Source: Squalus acanthias (taxonomy: Eukaryota). Taken from it: a stretch of DNA of 64,000 nt. Made by a program: the position numbers and the translations under genes. Below the pieces are notes generated by a model that ran no database searches, was not told the origin of the DNA, and saw only the letters and a list, made by a program, of their open reading frames with translations. Below are positions 12,509 through 25,635 of the stretch, one piece after another. Every line of letters starts with the position of its first letter. Within the stretch, counting starts at the first letter, position 1. The stretch is from contig CM059430.1 of the NCBI GenBank assembly GCA_030390025.1, forward strand, positions 73,470,001 through 73,534,000, read 5' to 3'.

Positions 12509-12833
12509 CATATACAACGAGATCTGTGCCGCATCCATCAACATCCTTGGAATGACGAGATCTAACTCGACAGCGATAGATTCCAGAGTCGTTGAAACTC
12601 ATGTTATGAAGATGTAGAAAAAATGTTCCAGTGTCTGGAGGACGCGCTTCGGTGCGTTCGTCGAAGTTTATTGTTACATTTAAATTGGAATTGTACTTCA
12701 TCCAAAAAAAATCGTTCAATTTCGTTGTTCTTGTGGCCAGGTATATTTCCTAGTAAGGTAACATTTTTGCCTATAATCACCGTAACTGAATTAGGGAAGG
12801 GATTGACATTCGGGGGAATACTTTGGCTAGCTG
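12509..12833 (-). pseudogene. V-set Ig exon with germline-encoded J-like G strand
   Basis: Acceptor TTTCCAG|CAG, donor TATG|GTAAGT. Length is 325 nt (324+1). Removing one T from the 8-T run at 12704-12711 gives ...SVTVIIGKNVTLLGNIP...RFFWMKY...FFLHLHNMSFNDSGIYRCRVRSRHSKDVDGCGTDLVVY, which has the C-strand Trp, DxGxYxC and GxGTxLxV motifs. Confidence 0.9.
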
Positions 12834-13013
12834 CTGGAAATAGATATTGCAGCACAATATTTACTTTGAGCAAAATAGGTCGTGAATAGTTTAATAACAG
12901 AACAAACCACATAACGGCAATATAAATGTAACAATTCATGAACAATATTTGTATTTTTGTCAACAAATTTCCACTGCAGAGCCGGAACTTTTTAAATAAA
13001 ATCGGTCAAATAC

Positions 13014-13080
13014 CTGTGCAGATAATCCCCAGTGTGGCACAATACTGAAATAGGATATTCCGAAACAGAACTAAACACAT
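13014..13080 (-). pseudogene. Signal-peptide exon of the IgSF receptor
   Basis: ATG at 13080; MCLVLFRNILFQYCATLGIICT plus 1 nt, then donor G|GTATTT (phase 1). 180-nt intron to the V exon. Confidence 0.75.
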
Positions 13081-13243
13081 AACTGATTTGAGCTTTGCAG
13101 ATACTCCGATCAGACAACTGTTACAGTGACGTGTATGGTGTAACATATCTAAACCGTGTTCCAGCCCGCTGAGGATCTGCGCTGTGCAGGGTGTCTGCTC
13201 CACCCTCAACATGCCGTGTTTCGGTTCGGTGTTCCACTCTTTT

Positions 13244-13550
13244 GGCACAGTGGTTAGCACTGTTGCCTCACAGCGCCAGGAACCCGGTTTCGAATCCGGC
13301 GTCGGGTGACTGTCTGTGTGGAGTTTGCACATTCTCCTCGTGTCTGCGTGGGTTTTCTCCGGGTGCTCCGGTTTCCTCCCACAGTCTAAAGATGTGCGGG
13401 TTAGGTTGATTTGGTATGATAAATTGACCCTTAGTGTTATGGGGGATTAAATACGTGGGGTTACGGGGATTGGGTGGGATATGTGTCTGCATGCTCGATG
13501 GGCCGAAATGGCCTCCATCTGCACTGTGGGGATTCTGTGATTCTGTGATT
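13244..13550 (+). mobile_element. tRNA-derived V-SINE (HE1-like)
   Basis: A box GGCACAGTGG, B box GGTTTCGAATCC, V-domain CTGTGTGGAGTTTGCACATTCTCC...GGTTTCCTCCCACA, CR1-type tail (ATTCTGTG)n. Confidence 0.9.
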
Positions 13551-14874
13551 CCTGCAACTCTCACTCAGGAAATGTACACACCACAGACAGAAAAAATAGT
13601 TTTAAAATCCGCCTATGTTAGTGACTTCCATTATACTAAGAACAACAACTCGGCTACTCTAGGTTAAAATGCAACAATATAAAAGGATATCCCCGAATGT
13701 AAGGTGCTAAAGCGATTCAGAACAGGCAGCGCTGAACTGCTCGCGGAAGGTAAAGGAAATTGTATTGGAACAAGATACGAATATACAGTGACGTGGAAAG
13801 TTTTCAGGAAGTATTTCCAAGGCAAAGTGCGGGCGAGAGTGAGACAAAGAGTGAAAGAGGGACAAGGGAGAGGGAGAGAGAAGGGGAGTGGGAAGGCAAG
13901 TCACAACGTGCGAGAGAAGAAGAGCGGGTAGTGATATCCAGAGGGCAAGTGGACATAGTTGTTTTCAGATAATTAACAATTTCAATTTCATTTACTCATG
14001 TTCTTCTAGAAGATTTGTGTTCACGGTTGCGTGATAAGGCTACACATTGTCAATTTAGGCGTCGCGTTAAACCAGGTCAATGTGAGTCTAAAATACACCA
14101 CAAGCAGACAATTAACTGCTGGTGCACCATGTCACAACGTAAACGTGTTTTAATTTGCACATGATTTAATCTGAGAATAAATCCTTCAAATGTTTGACCT
14201 GCTGGTATACAGCAAAGCTTCAGTCAATTTGAGCAGCTCTTTCCATGCGGCCTTTACAAGACTCCTTAAATCATCACTATTCATTTTTGAAATAGATATA
14301 TATGTGACACACAGTTTATTGATGGGGTATTCAACATCAGATATCTTCCCAGTGCATTAATCAAACTGGTTAGAAGGGGAAATTCTCTTTTTTTCCCTCA
14401 CAATTCACCGGAAACACATTTGATAACAAGAAGATGGTCAGTCAGTAAAATTACGATAGATTTTAAGGGAACACATTCACAAAACGCTCTGAACTCTTGC
14501 CAGATATGTACACACACATAATGAGAATAATATTGCAGACGGCTATTAGAATTTCAACGTTTCTTTCCCTTCATTTTTTGCTTGCCATTTTCTGAGCTCC
14601 TTCTCAGTTCTCCAAATGAGCTTTAATTCCACGGATACTAGAAACGTCTTGCTGCCTTGAGAATTGTTTCTAATTTTAGATGGGAGGACAGTGCTTCTTG
14701 GTAATCAAACGAAACGGGTCTGGGTATGGAATGAACAGCCAAGCCTAATTATGTATTGAAGAGGTGATTTCCGCGGAGGATCCCACTCTTGCGGCTATCT
14801 TCGAGATAAAAAGCCCACATTTCCCGATCAGCCCTTTCTCTATGATTCCCGTTCATCTTCTGCCGAACTGTAAA

Positions 14875-15655
14875 TAAGCAGAGGGATTTGGGGGTGCAGC
14901 TTCACAAATCGGTAAAAGATAGTGGACAGGTGCATATGTAATCAATATAGTAACGGAATGCTGGCTTTCCCGATTTCACTCCTTAATGGCCGAGCTCTAA
15001 TTTTATGATTTTTGTCCCCTTGTTCTGGATTCCTGTACCAGAACAAATAGTTTCTCTCTATCTAGCCTATCGAATCGCTTCGTAATTTCATACACCTCAG
15101 CTAGATCAGCCTTCAAACATCTGATCTCAAAGGAATACAAACCAATTTTATGCAACCTGCCGTCATAATTTAGCACATAAAGCTATTATTTTGAAACTAC
15201 GCTCTGCACTCTCCAAGTTCAATAATTCCTTCCTGCGGTGCATTTCCAAATTTGAATGCAGTACTCCAACTGCGATCTGACCAAGGTTCTGTACAATTGC
15301 AGCATAACATCCTCCCCTTTGCATGCCACCCCCTTGAGACAAAAGCGAAGATTCCATTGGCGTTTTTGAATACACATTGTGCGTGTCCATTAGGATTTAG
15401 TGATTTGTGTACATGGACACCTAAAGCGATTAGCTCCTCCACAGGTCATAGTCTCTGGCCATTACTAAAATATTCCGATTCATCCTTCCTGGATTCATAG
15501 TGAAATACTACACTGGTCTCCGCATTTGAAGTCCATCTGACATAGTTCTGCCCACTCACTTTATCTGTTTAAGTCCTATTGTTACTTCCTACTCCCATCT
15601 ATACAATGTACTGTGCCTAACAACTTAACATCACCTGAAAATTTGAGTATACAAA
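14875..15655 (-). mobile_element. Old CR1 fragments
   Basis: Degenerate ORF2 C-terminal motifs (LGVHVHKSL, KNANGIFAF, LESAERSF); small plus-strand fragment at the left edge. Confidence 0.7.
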
Positions 15656-17089
15656 AACATCAGCAAAAGAATACTGCCAACTGCAGCTTGATTTCTCTTA
15701 GAAAGCGTCCCAAGGCTCTCAACAAGCTGATCAAAAAGGGATGCCCAGAATAGTAAACGCACCACAGAGGCCAAACGAGATAAGGAACAAATCTTAAAAT
15801 GCTTGAGACACTTAGCAGGTTATGTTCCATCTATGGTTTCAACAGAACAGCCAACGATTCAGATGTGGACGCTTCGTCCACGAATGACAACAAGTCCACA
15901 CTTGATCCATTGACAAGGCTGTTCTCTCCAAAGATATTGCCTAAGCCGATGCGTGTTTACGACATTTCCTGTTTTTGTTTAAATTTTTCAGAGTCTGTGG
16001 TATTTTTCCTCGATTGGGATGGGATCGAAGACGGCTTCCGAAAATCGGGAAACGGTTAGATGGGAATGTGCGGCTTACACAAAAGCAGTAAAATATACCG
16101 CAAAAAAGCTCAAATTTGACCTAAAGAGAATTAAGTGAGACCTTACACAGGAAGCTTAAATTTAACTGCACAGAGCATCTACATCCACTAACATACAGGG
16201 ATGACATTTTCTGCAAAGATAAAGTGGATCGAGACTGTGGAAGAATGTATAACATCGGTTTATAAAATTGACGACTCTGCAGGACCAGAGCTCATACATG
16301 GGAGTGATATGCGAATGTGACTTAATGTGGAATAAGATGCAAATGGCTAACCCTTTGGCGATTTTAAGTTTAAGAAAGTTGGAGCTCAGGGCATTCGGAA
16401 GCATTCAAGAAGTCGAGAGTGGAATTGACATATACGTGGATAAGGGTTTTTGTGATCGTTACCATGCAGTTTTTTAACGCTGTGGCTAGGAAGATTGACA
16501 GTCCCTGTAATTGCAATAAATAAGAAGTGCAGCTCATGCATCAGCGAAAATGCTCACTCCTGAATTCAGTTCGAATGAGTAGCCAGGTATTAGGATGGAA
16601 TTGGATCTCAGGCTGGGCCTTTGTTTTGGAGAACATTTTGTCGAGGCCAAAGTACTCACAATCCCCGTATTGTCATCTGCCAAATACACATCACAGGGAC
16701 TTATATTATGCGAAATACCACATAATAATCTTAACCGTTCTTGAACTTCTAAACGCATTCATCAAATTCAAATAAATATTTTTGTTTTGCACATATATTT
16801 TTCATGCTCAACATCTACAAAATTAATATTGTCAAAACCGATTTTTGACCTAAGATCACTTCCAGATTATTGTGTTTTTACGCTCGCGAGGTTGAGTAGG
16901 CGGTGTTGCAAGACGGGTTTTTGTTCACACATCCTTTGTGGTTGATATTCTTTGTTTGAAGCGTCAAACAGTCACTGCTTGCTGAATGTTGCATTTTCTG
17001 TGTAAATGCTGAACTAAACGATGCTAATGTTAGTTAAACATATAATAGAATTTCAGAGCTCTGCCACAATATTAAGCAAGGATCGGTGG

Positions 17090-20000
17090 AAACCCTGGAG
17101 ATAGGTCTGCACAGAGATTAAACGGAGTTGACTTGAACAGAGTTCTTTATTTGGGAATTTGGAAAGAGTGGGAAGTCGGAGAAGAGGGGGAAGGAGTTGT
17201 TGCATTATACCTACACTACTTGTAGTGCTTTGTATTGCAGGTAGATATTTAATTTCAGTACACTTAACTTACTCTAGATCAAATAAGTAATTAAGATATT
17301 ACACTGTAAACTAGGTTAAGTTAATACAAATCTAATTACATTTAATTAAATTTTAAAAAAATCATATATGGATGGCAGTTCAGGTGGTGCGCCGCAGCTG
17401 CAACATGTGGGAGTTTGTGGAGAGCATTGTGATCCAGGACAACCATACATACATAAGAACATAAGAAGTAGGAGCAGGAGTAGGCCATACGAACCTTCGG
17501 GCCTGCTCCGCCATTCAGTAGGATCATGGATGATCCGAAACTAGACTCACGTCTACTATCCGGCCCGCTCCCCATAACCCTTAATTCCCTTATCAGCTAG
17601 GAAACTGTCTATCTCTGTTTTAAATGTATTTAATGTCGCAGCTTCCACAGCTCTCTGAGGTAGCAAATTCCATAGATTTACTACCGTCTGAGTGAAGAAG
17701 ATTCTCCTCAACTCAGTTTTGAAACGGCAGCCGCTTATTCTAAGATTATGCCCCCTAGTTCCTGTCTCACCCATCAGAGGAAACATCCTCCCCGCATCCA
17801 CCCAATGAAGCCCTCTCACAATCTTATTTGTTTCGATAAGATCGCCTCTCATTCTTCTGTATTCCAATGAGTAGAGGACCAACCTACTCAAACTTTCCTC
17901 ATAAGTCAACCCCCTCATCTCCGGAATCAACCGAGTGAACCTTCTCTGAACTGCCTCGAGAGCAAGTATATATTTTCTTCAATATGGAAACCAAAACTGT
18001 ACGCAGTATTCCAGGTGAGGCCTCACCAGTACACTGTATAGCTGAAGCAAGACTTCCCTGCTTTTATACTCCATCCCCCTTGCAATAAAAGCCAAGATTC
18101 CATTTGTATTCATGATCACCTGCTGTACCAGCATACTAACCATCTGTGTTTCATGCATCAGGACCCCCAGATCCCTTTGTACTGTAGCACTTTGCAGTTT
18201 CTTTCCATTTAGATAATAACTTGCTCTTTGATTTTTTTCTGCCAAAGTGCATAACCTCACACTGTACAACATTATATTCCATCTGCCAAATTTCTGCCCA
18301 CTCACTTAGCCTGTCTATGTCCTTTTGCAGGTTTTGTATGTCATCCTCACTCACTGCTTTCCCTCACATCTTTGTATCGTCTGCAAACTTGGATACGTTG
18401 CACTTGGTCCCCTCCACCAAATCGTTAATATAGATTGTAAAGAGTTGGGGTCCCAGCACTGACCCATGCGGAACACCACTAGTTAATGATTGCCAACCCG
18501 AGAATGAACCTTTTATCCATATCTCTGTTTTCTGTTAGATAGCAAATCTTCCACCCATGCAAGTATATTACCCCTAATCCCATGATTTTTTATCTTGTTC
18601 AGTAATCTTTTGTGTGGTACCTTGACAAATGCCTTTTGGAAGTCCAAATACACCACATCTACTGATTCCCCTTTATCTACCTTGTTTGTTAGGTCCTCAA
18701 AGAATTCGAGCAAATTTGTCAAGCATGATTTCCCCTTCATAAAACCATACTGACTCTGTCCGATTAAGTTATGCTTATCCAAATGTTCTGTTACTGCTTC
18801 CTCAATAATGGACTCTATCATTTTACCAACCACAGATGTTAGGCTTTCTGGTATATAGTTTCCAGCCTTTTGTCTATCTCCCTTTTTAAATAAGGGTGTT
18901 ACATTAGCAGTTTTCCAATCTGCTGGGACCTTTCCTGAATCAAGGGAGTTTTGGAAAATTACCACCAATGCATCCGCAATCCCTACCGCAACTTCTCTCA
19001 AGTCCCAAGGATCTGAGCCACCAGGTCCAGGGGATTTGACCGCTTTAAGTCCCATTATCTTACCGAGTACCATCTCCACAGTGATTTCAATCGTGTTTAG
19101 CTTCTCCCCCCTATAGCCCCTTGTTTGTCCAGAGTTGGAATATTTTTAGTGTCCTCTACTGTAAAGACTGATACAAAATATTTGTTCAGCGCATTGCCAT
19201 CTCCTTGTTCCCCATTACTAATTCCCTGGTCTCGTCCTCTAAGGCACCAACATTCACTTTAGCCACTCTTTTTATTTTTATATAACTGTAGAAATACTTC
19301 CTATCTGTTTTTATATATTTTTTGATGGTTTACTTTCATAATCTATCTTCCCTTTCTTAATTAATCTTTTAGTTATTCTTTGCTGGTTTTTTAATTCTTC
19401 GCAATATTCTATCCTCCCACTAGATTTGGTTACTTTATACTCCCTTGTTTTTAGTCGGATACTATCCTTTATTACTTTACTTTGCCACGGATGGCTGTAT
19501 GTTCTTTTACGCCTCTTTTTCCTCAGTGGAATATATTGTTCTTGAAAGTTGTTAAATACCTCCTTGAATGTACACCACTGCTCCTGTACCGTTATACACA
19601 ATAACTGGTTTTCCCAGTACACTTTAGTCAACTCTGCTCTCATACCTTCACAGTCTCCTTTATTTAGGCTTAGTAAGCTGCTTTGAGATCCAACTCTCTC
19701 ACCCTCCAAATGAATTTGGAATTCAACCATGTTATGGTCACTCATTCCAAGGGGATCCTTTACTGGGACATTTTTTTATTAATCCTGTCTCATTACACAG
19801 GACCAGATCTAAGATTGCCTGCCCCCTGGTTGGTTCAGTAACATACTGCTCAAGGAACCCGCCCCTACTGCATTCTATGAACTCTTCCTCCAGGCTGCCC
19901 TGCCCAATTTGATTTTTCTAGTCAATATGAAAGATAAAATCTCCCATGATTACAGCTGTTCCCTTATTACAAGCCCCAACTATTTCCTGATTAATACTCC

Positions 20001-23000
20001 AAACACGTTTGCAGTAAGTGCCTGCATCTTGAGGAACTTCAGCTCAGAGATTTTGAGCTGAATTCTGAGGTGCAGTCATTGCGGGGCATCAGGAATGGAG
20101 TGAGTTCTCTGGACACTTTGATCCAGGAGGCAGTCACACCTCTTAGGTTAGGTAGTGGTACATGTCTGGTTAGTGGTCAGGGACAGAAGGGTGTGACTGC
20201 AACTCAGGCAGTTAAGTGTACCGCAGGTGCAATGCTGGAAGAGCCTCAGCATGTCCAACAGCTATGTTGTTCTTGATGCCTGTGTGGTTGAGGGAAAACC
20301 CAGCAGGATGGATCAGCAAGTTGACCATGGAAACATGGTGCAGGAAGCTATTCAAGTTGGAGAGTGAAAGGGAATGTAATTGTGGTCGGTGTCAGTATAG
20401 TCACGTGGATAGATACTGTTCTCTGCAGCCGTGACCGAGAGTTCTGAATGTGTTGCACGACCGATGCCAGGGTTAAAGACATCTGCTTGCGGCTTGAGAA
20501 GCACTTGGAGTGGGAAGGGAGGATCTAGTTGTCGTGTTCCACGAAGGACCAACGACATAGGTAGAACTAGGAATGGGGTTCTGCTGAGGGGTTTTGAGGA
20601 GCTAGGATCAAAATTAAAAAGCAGAACCTCAAAGGTAATAACCTGTGGATTGTTATCTGAACCACGCACAAATTTACATAGAGACAGATAGATTAGAGGT
20701 TTAAATGCGTGGCTCAAAGAGTGGTGTGGGAGGAAAGAGGGAGCTGTTCCGTTGGGACGAGACCAGGCTCCAGGCGAACCGAATAACTAGTGCAATCGAC
20801 AGGGCATTAAACTAATGAATGGCGATGGGGAGGGGTGGGAGGACTCAGGAAATAATCAATTTAAAAGCAGCGAGAGAAATGCCAAAGCTCTAGAGCAGAG
20901 TAATGTTTTGGGTTAAAATGAGCAGATTGCGTCAGGAAGGGACAGAGAAAGTAACAAAGATAATAAGGCATCAGTGACAAAGGTGACATCAGGGAAAATA
21001 GATAAGTCAAATCTAAAGGCACTATATCTGAACGCGAAGCATTCACAACCAAAGAGATGAAAAATAGCGCAGATAGAAATGAACATGCTTCATCTAATAG
21101 ACATAATTGAGACGTGGTTGCAAAGTGTCCAATGTTGGGAAATAAATATTCCAGGACACTTAACTTTTGGAAGAGATAGGTAAAATGAAAAAGGAGGAGT
21201 GGTAGCGCTGATAATAAAGGCTGGCATAAAAGCAGCAGAGAGAAAGGATCTTATCTCCGAAAATCAAGAAGTAGAATCAGTTGAGGTGGATCTAACAAAC
21301 ATTGTTGCGAGTTGTTTATAGGCCACCAAACAAAAGTAGTAATGTAGGGCAGAGTATAAATTAGAAAATTAGAGGTGCGTGTCACAAGGGTAATACAACG
21401 ATCATGGGGGACCTTAATCAACATATCAACTGGGCAAACCAAATTTGCAGTAATAGTGTGGAGGACGAACTCATGGAAAGTATGGCAAATAGTTTTCTAG
21501 ATCAGTATATTGAGGAACCAACTAGGGACCAGGCTATTATAGATGTAATATTGTGCAATGAGAAAGGGTTAATTAATAACCTTTTAGTAATGGGTCATTT
21601 AGGTAAGAGTGACCATAAAATTATAGAATTTTACACTGAGTTTGAAAGTGATTTCGTTAAATCCGAAACTAGGCTTTAAAATCTAATTAAAGCAAACTAT
21701 GTAGGTATGAGGGGCGAGTTGGCAATGGCAAATCGGGAAACTTGTAAAGGTATGATGGTAGACCAAGCAATGGTTCGCATTTAAAGCATTAATCCATCAT
21801 TTACAACAAATATACCTTCCTTTAAGGCACTAAAGCCCCACAGGAAAAGTGGTCCAACCATGGCTAACATGAGAAGTTAAAGATAGTATTACATCAAAGG
21901 AAGAGGCTTATAATGTTGCCAAAAACAGTAGTAAGCCTGAAGATTGGGAGGATTTTAGAATTCAGCAAAGGAGGACCAATAAATTGATGAAGAAATGGAA
22001 AATAGAATTTGAGGGTAAACTGCTGAGACACATAAAAACAGACTGTAAAAGCTTCTCTACGTATCTGAAAAGGCAAAGATGAGCGGAAGTAAATGTGGGT
22101 CCCTTACAAGCTGAGACAGGAGAAGTTATATTGGGGAATAAGAATATGGCAGACAAATTAAACAAATAGCTTGTGTCCGTTTTCACGGAAGAAGATGCAA
22201 AAATCTTCCCGGAAATCGTGGAAAACCAAGGCTCCAGCAAGAATGTTGAACTGAAAGATATTATATATTAGTAAAACAATACTACTGGAGACAGTAACGT
22301 GACTGAAAGCAGATAAATCCCCTGGACTTGATGGCCTGCATCCTAGGGATTTGAAAGAGGTGGCTACAGATATAGTTGAGGCATTGATTGTTATTTTCCA
22401 AAATACCATAGATTCCAGAACGATTCCCACGGATTGAAAGGCAACAAATGTAACCACACTATTTAAGAAAGGAGGGCGACGGAAAACAGGGAACTAAAGA
22501 GCAGTTAACCTGACATCATTAGTAGGGAATTTGCTGGAATCTATTAGTAAGGACGTGGTAACAGGTCACTTCGATAAAATAATAGGATTGGGCAGAGTCC
22601 ATCCGGATTTATAAAAGGGAAATCATGTTTGACGAATCTGTTCGTGTTTTTTGATGTTTTAACGACCAGAAAAGTTAAGGGGGTACAAGTATCTGTGGTG
22701 TATTTGTATTTTCAGAAGGTATTCGATAAGGTGCCACACAAGAGGTTATTAAACAAAATTAGCCCTCATGGGAGTGTGGGTAACATATTAGCATGGATTG
22801 AGGATTTTTTAACGATTTGAAAACAGAGAGTAGAAATAAACTGTTCATTTCGGGTTGGCATGCAGTAACTATTAGGGCATCGCAAGGATCAGTGCTTGGG
22901 CCTCAGCTATTCACAATCTACATCATTGATTTGGATGAGAGGACCAAATGTAATGTATCCAAGTTTGCGGATGATACAAAGTTGGGTGGGAATGTAAATT

Positions 23001-23890
23001 GTGAGGAGGTTACAAGAAAGCTTCAAGGGGATAGAGACAAGTAAAGTGAGTGGGCCGGAACATGGCAAATGGAATATAACGTGGAGAAATGTGAAATTAT
23101 CCACTTTGGTAGGAAAAATAGAAAAGCAGATTAGTTTCTAAATACTGAGAGAATTGTAAATGTTGTTGTTCAGAGGGATCTTGGTCTCCTTGTACACAAA
23201 TCACTGAAAGTTAAGATGCTGGTACATCAAGCAATTGGGAAAGCAAATGGTATGTTGGCATTTATTTCAAGAGGATTTGAATATAAGAGTAAAGACATCT
23301 TACTGCAATTATATAGCCCCCTGATGAGACCACACCTGGAGTATTGTGTAGAGTTTTGATCTCATTACCTAAGGAAGGATTTACTTGCCTTAGAGGGAGT
23401 GCAACAAAGGTTGACCAGTCTGAATCCTGGGATGTGATATTGTCCTATGATAAGAGATTGTGTAGAATGGGCCTATATTCTCTACAGTTTAGAAGAATGA
23501 GAGGGGATCTCATTGAAACATACAACATTCTTACACGGCCTGACAGGGTAGATGCAGGAAGGATGATTCCCCTGGCTGGTGAGTCCAGACACAGGGGTCA
23601 CAGTCTCAGAATAAGGGGTTGGCCATTTAGGAGTAAGATGAGGAGAAATTTCTTCACTCAGAGGCAGGTGAAGCTTTGGAATTCTCTACCCCAGAGGGCT
23701 GTGTAAGGCTCAGTCGTTGAGTATATTCAAGACAGATAGATTTTTCAATATTAATGAAATGAATGGATATGGGGATAGTGCAGGAAAGTGGGGATGAGGT
23801 AGACGATCAGCCAGGATCTTATTGAATGAAGCATCTGGCTCGAGGGGCCGAATGGCCTACTCCTGCTTCTGTTTCTTATGTTCCTATGTT
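17090..23890 (+). mobile_element. Near full-length decayed CR1 LINE (ORF1 zinc finger/esterase plus ORF2), interrupted at ~17447-19999
   Basis: ORF1 Cys motif is split across the insertion (..SCNMWEFVES..|..HVCSKC..); esterase-like TNDIGR...LKSRTSKV; ORF2 GDLN, QGSVLGP, KFADDTK; tail TTTCTTATGTTCCTATGTT. Confidence 0.88.
17447..19999 (-). mobile_element. CR1 LINE (family A, HER1-like), 5'-truncated, nested
   Basis: ORF fragments [35 protein letters not shown]; (TTCTTATG)n tail at the left. Confidence 0.93.
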
Positions 23891-24839
23891 ATAATGTAAG
23901 ACGCCTTGGCGAGTTGCTGCAGTGCATCTTGTAGATGGTGCATACTGCAGCCGCGGTACGCTGGTGGTGGAGGGAGTGAATGTTTAAGTTGGTGGATGTG
24001 CTACCATTCAAACAGACGATTTGTCCTAGATGGTTTCGAGCTTCTTGAGTGTTGTTGGAGATGCACTACCAACAACTTGGGAGCTCCATGGAACACAGAC
24101 TTAAATGGTAAAACCACATAAATACTGTGGTTACAAGAGCAGGTCAGAGGCTGAGTATTCTGCAGTGAGTAACTCACCTCCGCAATCCCGAAAGCCTTTC
24201 CACCATCTACATAGGATTACACAGGATATAAGGCACAGAAACAGGCCATTCGGCCCAAAACAGTCCATGGTGGTATTCTTATATTGATGGCCTCCAGATA
24301 TGCTCTTCCACACAATTGGAAACACTCTCTCTGTATCTACTCTATCAAAACCTTAGATAAGTTAAGAGTATTCCATCACACTTCTAACAATTGCCTTGTG
24401 GATCTCTTTTTCTCTTGAAAAGAGAAGGCTAAGGGTTGACAAAGTACAAGTCTTTAAAATATTGAAAGGTTTTGATAGAGTAGATACAGCGAGAGTGTTA
24501 CCACTTGTGTGGAAGAGCATAACTAGAGGCCATCAATATCAGATAGCCATCCAAGAGATCAATTAGGGGATTCAGAAGAAACTTCTTTACGCAGAGGTTC
24601 GTGAGAATGTGGAACTCGCTACACGGAGAGAGTAGTTGAGGCAAATAGTAGAAATGCATTAAACTGGAGGCTAGATAAGCATATCAAGAAGAAGCGAATA
24701 GAGGGCTACGCTGATAGAGTTGGATGAGGAATGACGGGAGCAGGCTCGAGTGGAGCATGGACTGGTTGGGCCGAATGGCCTGATTCTGGGACATATATCC
24801 TGTATAATCCTGTGTAGATGTTGGAAAGGCTTTGGGGAT

Positions 24840-25616
24840 TGTTAAAAATAGCTGTTAGATTCAAAGATGGGTTTTAATTCTTAGGACAGAGACTGACAAC
24901 ATGCAGCCGGGAACAGATAGCAGAAATGCCAGCAAGGTCGAATAACAAGCATCAAAAGACAAATAGAAGTGATAAGGGAATCGGAAAATGCAAAACAACA
25001 GAGGGTGGGGTATAATAGACAAATATTGAGCCGAAAAGTCATAAAATATCCTTAAAGAAACATAACAAAACATTCCTCAGAAAGATAGGAGGAAGGCCTT
25101 GTCAAAAGAGCAGAAAAGGACGGCGAGGGATGCCTTCCCGCTTCACAATTGGACAATAGGATGGGGGACTAAATGATTGACAACAGGTGATTACCAGCCC
25201 ACCGAAATAACTATAAATATAGACCACTGAGATAGGAAATCAGGTAGTTCGGAGCGAAGGCTTCTCCGAGGGTGCTACAGCATATCACCTTCTCAAGTTT
25301 AGCCTCTGAGGTGGCTGACGGCCTAACACCTCCAACAGCTTGAGAGATGACCCAACGGAATTGACCGCTGCAGCAGACTGCTGGAATCCACCCAATCCGA
25401 GACCACCGTACTGCCTCCCCGTCCGTCCGGTCGTGGCATTCCGATTCGGGAGTGGTAGATCGCTCCTACTCTCACGGGTTGTATGTCTTTTATACACGGC
25501 TTAAACCATATGTAATACCTGGTTATGCTTTAAAACTGTAGCTCTTTAATAAAAGCCTAACAACTTCTCAAACCCTTCTGGGTAATCTGTGTGTGGCCTG
25601 TGATTCGGATCTTGCA
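24840..25616 (+). repeat. 5' LTR
   Basis: TGTTAA...TTGCA; TATAAA near 25212; AATAAA near 25548; direct repeat of 28950-29727. Confidence 0.95.
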
Positions 25617-25617
25617 G

Positions 25618-25635
25618 TGTTGTCAGAAGTGGAAT
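25618..25635 (+). promoter_or_regulatory. Primer-binding site, tRNA-Leu-like
   Basis: TGTTGTCAGAAGTGGAAT versus the tRNA-Leu complement TGGTGTCAGAAGTGGGAT (2 mismatches), 1 nt after the LTR. Confidence 0.8.

Larger units (their letters stand above)
956..13080 (-). pseudogene. Non-rearranging IgSF receptor pseudogene, architecture leader-VJ-C1-(TM)-(ITIM); SIRP/NKp30/VJ-C1-like
   Basis: Leader, V and C1 exons are on the same strand in the correct order with phase-1 GT/AG junctions. Disabled by a frameshift in V and two stops in C1. TM and ITIM exons are less certain. Confidence 0.8.

Noticed and set aside
12480-13300. Rearranging Ig/TCR V segment
   Set aside because: The V exon already includes the J-like strand and a splice donor. 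No heptamer-spacer-nonamer was seen; the nearby CACAGTG is part of the SINE A box.
14010-14081. 72-nt phase 1/1 exon-like segment on the plus strand (xDLCSRLRDKATHCQFRRRVKPGQ)
   Set aside because: Good splice signals but no recognisable product or partner exons.
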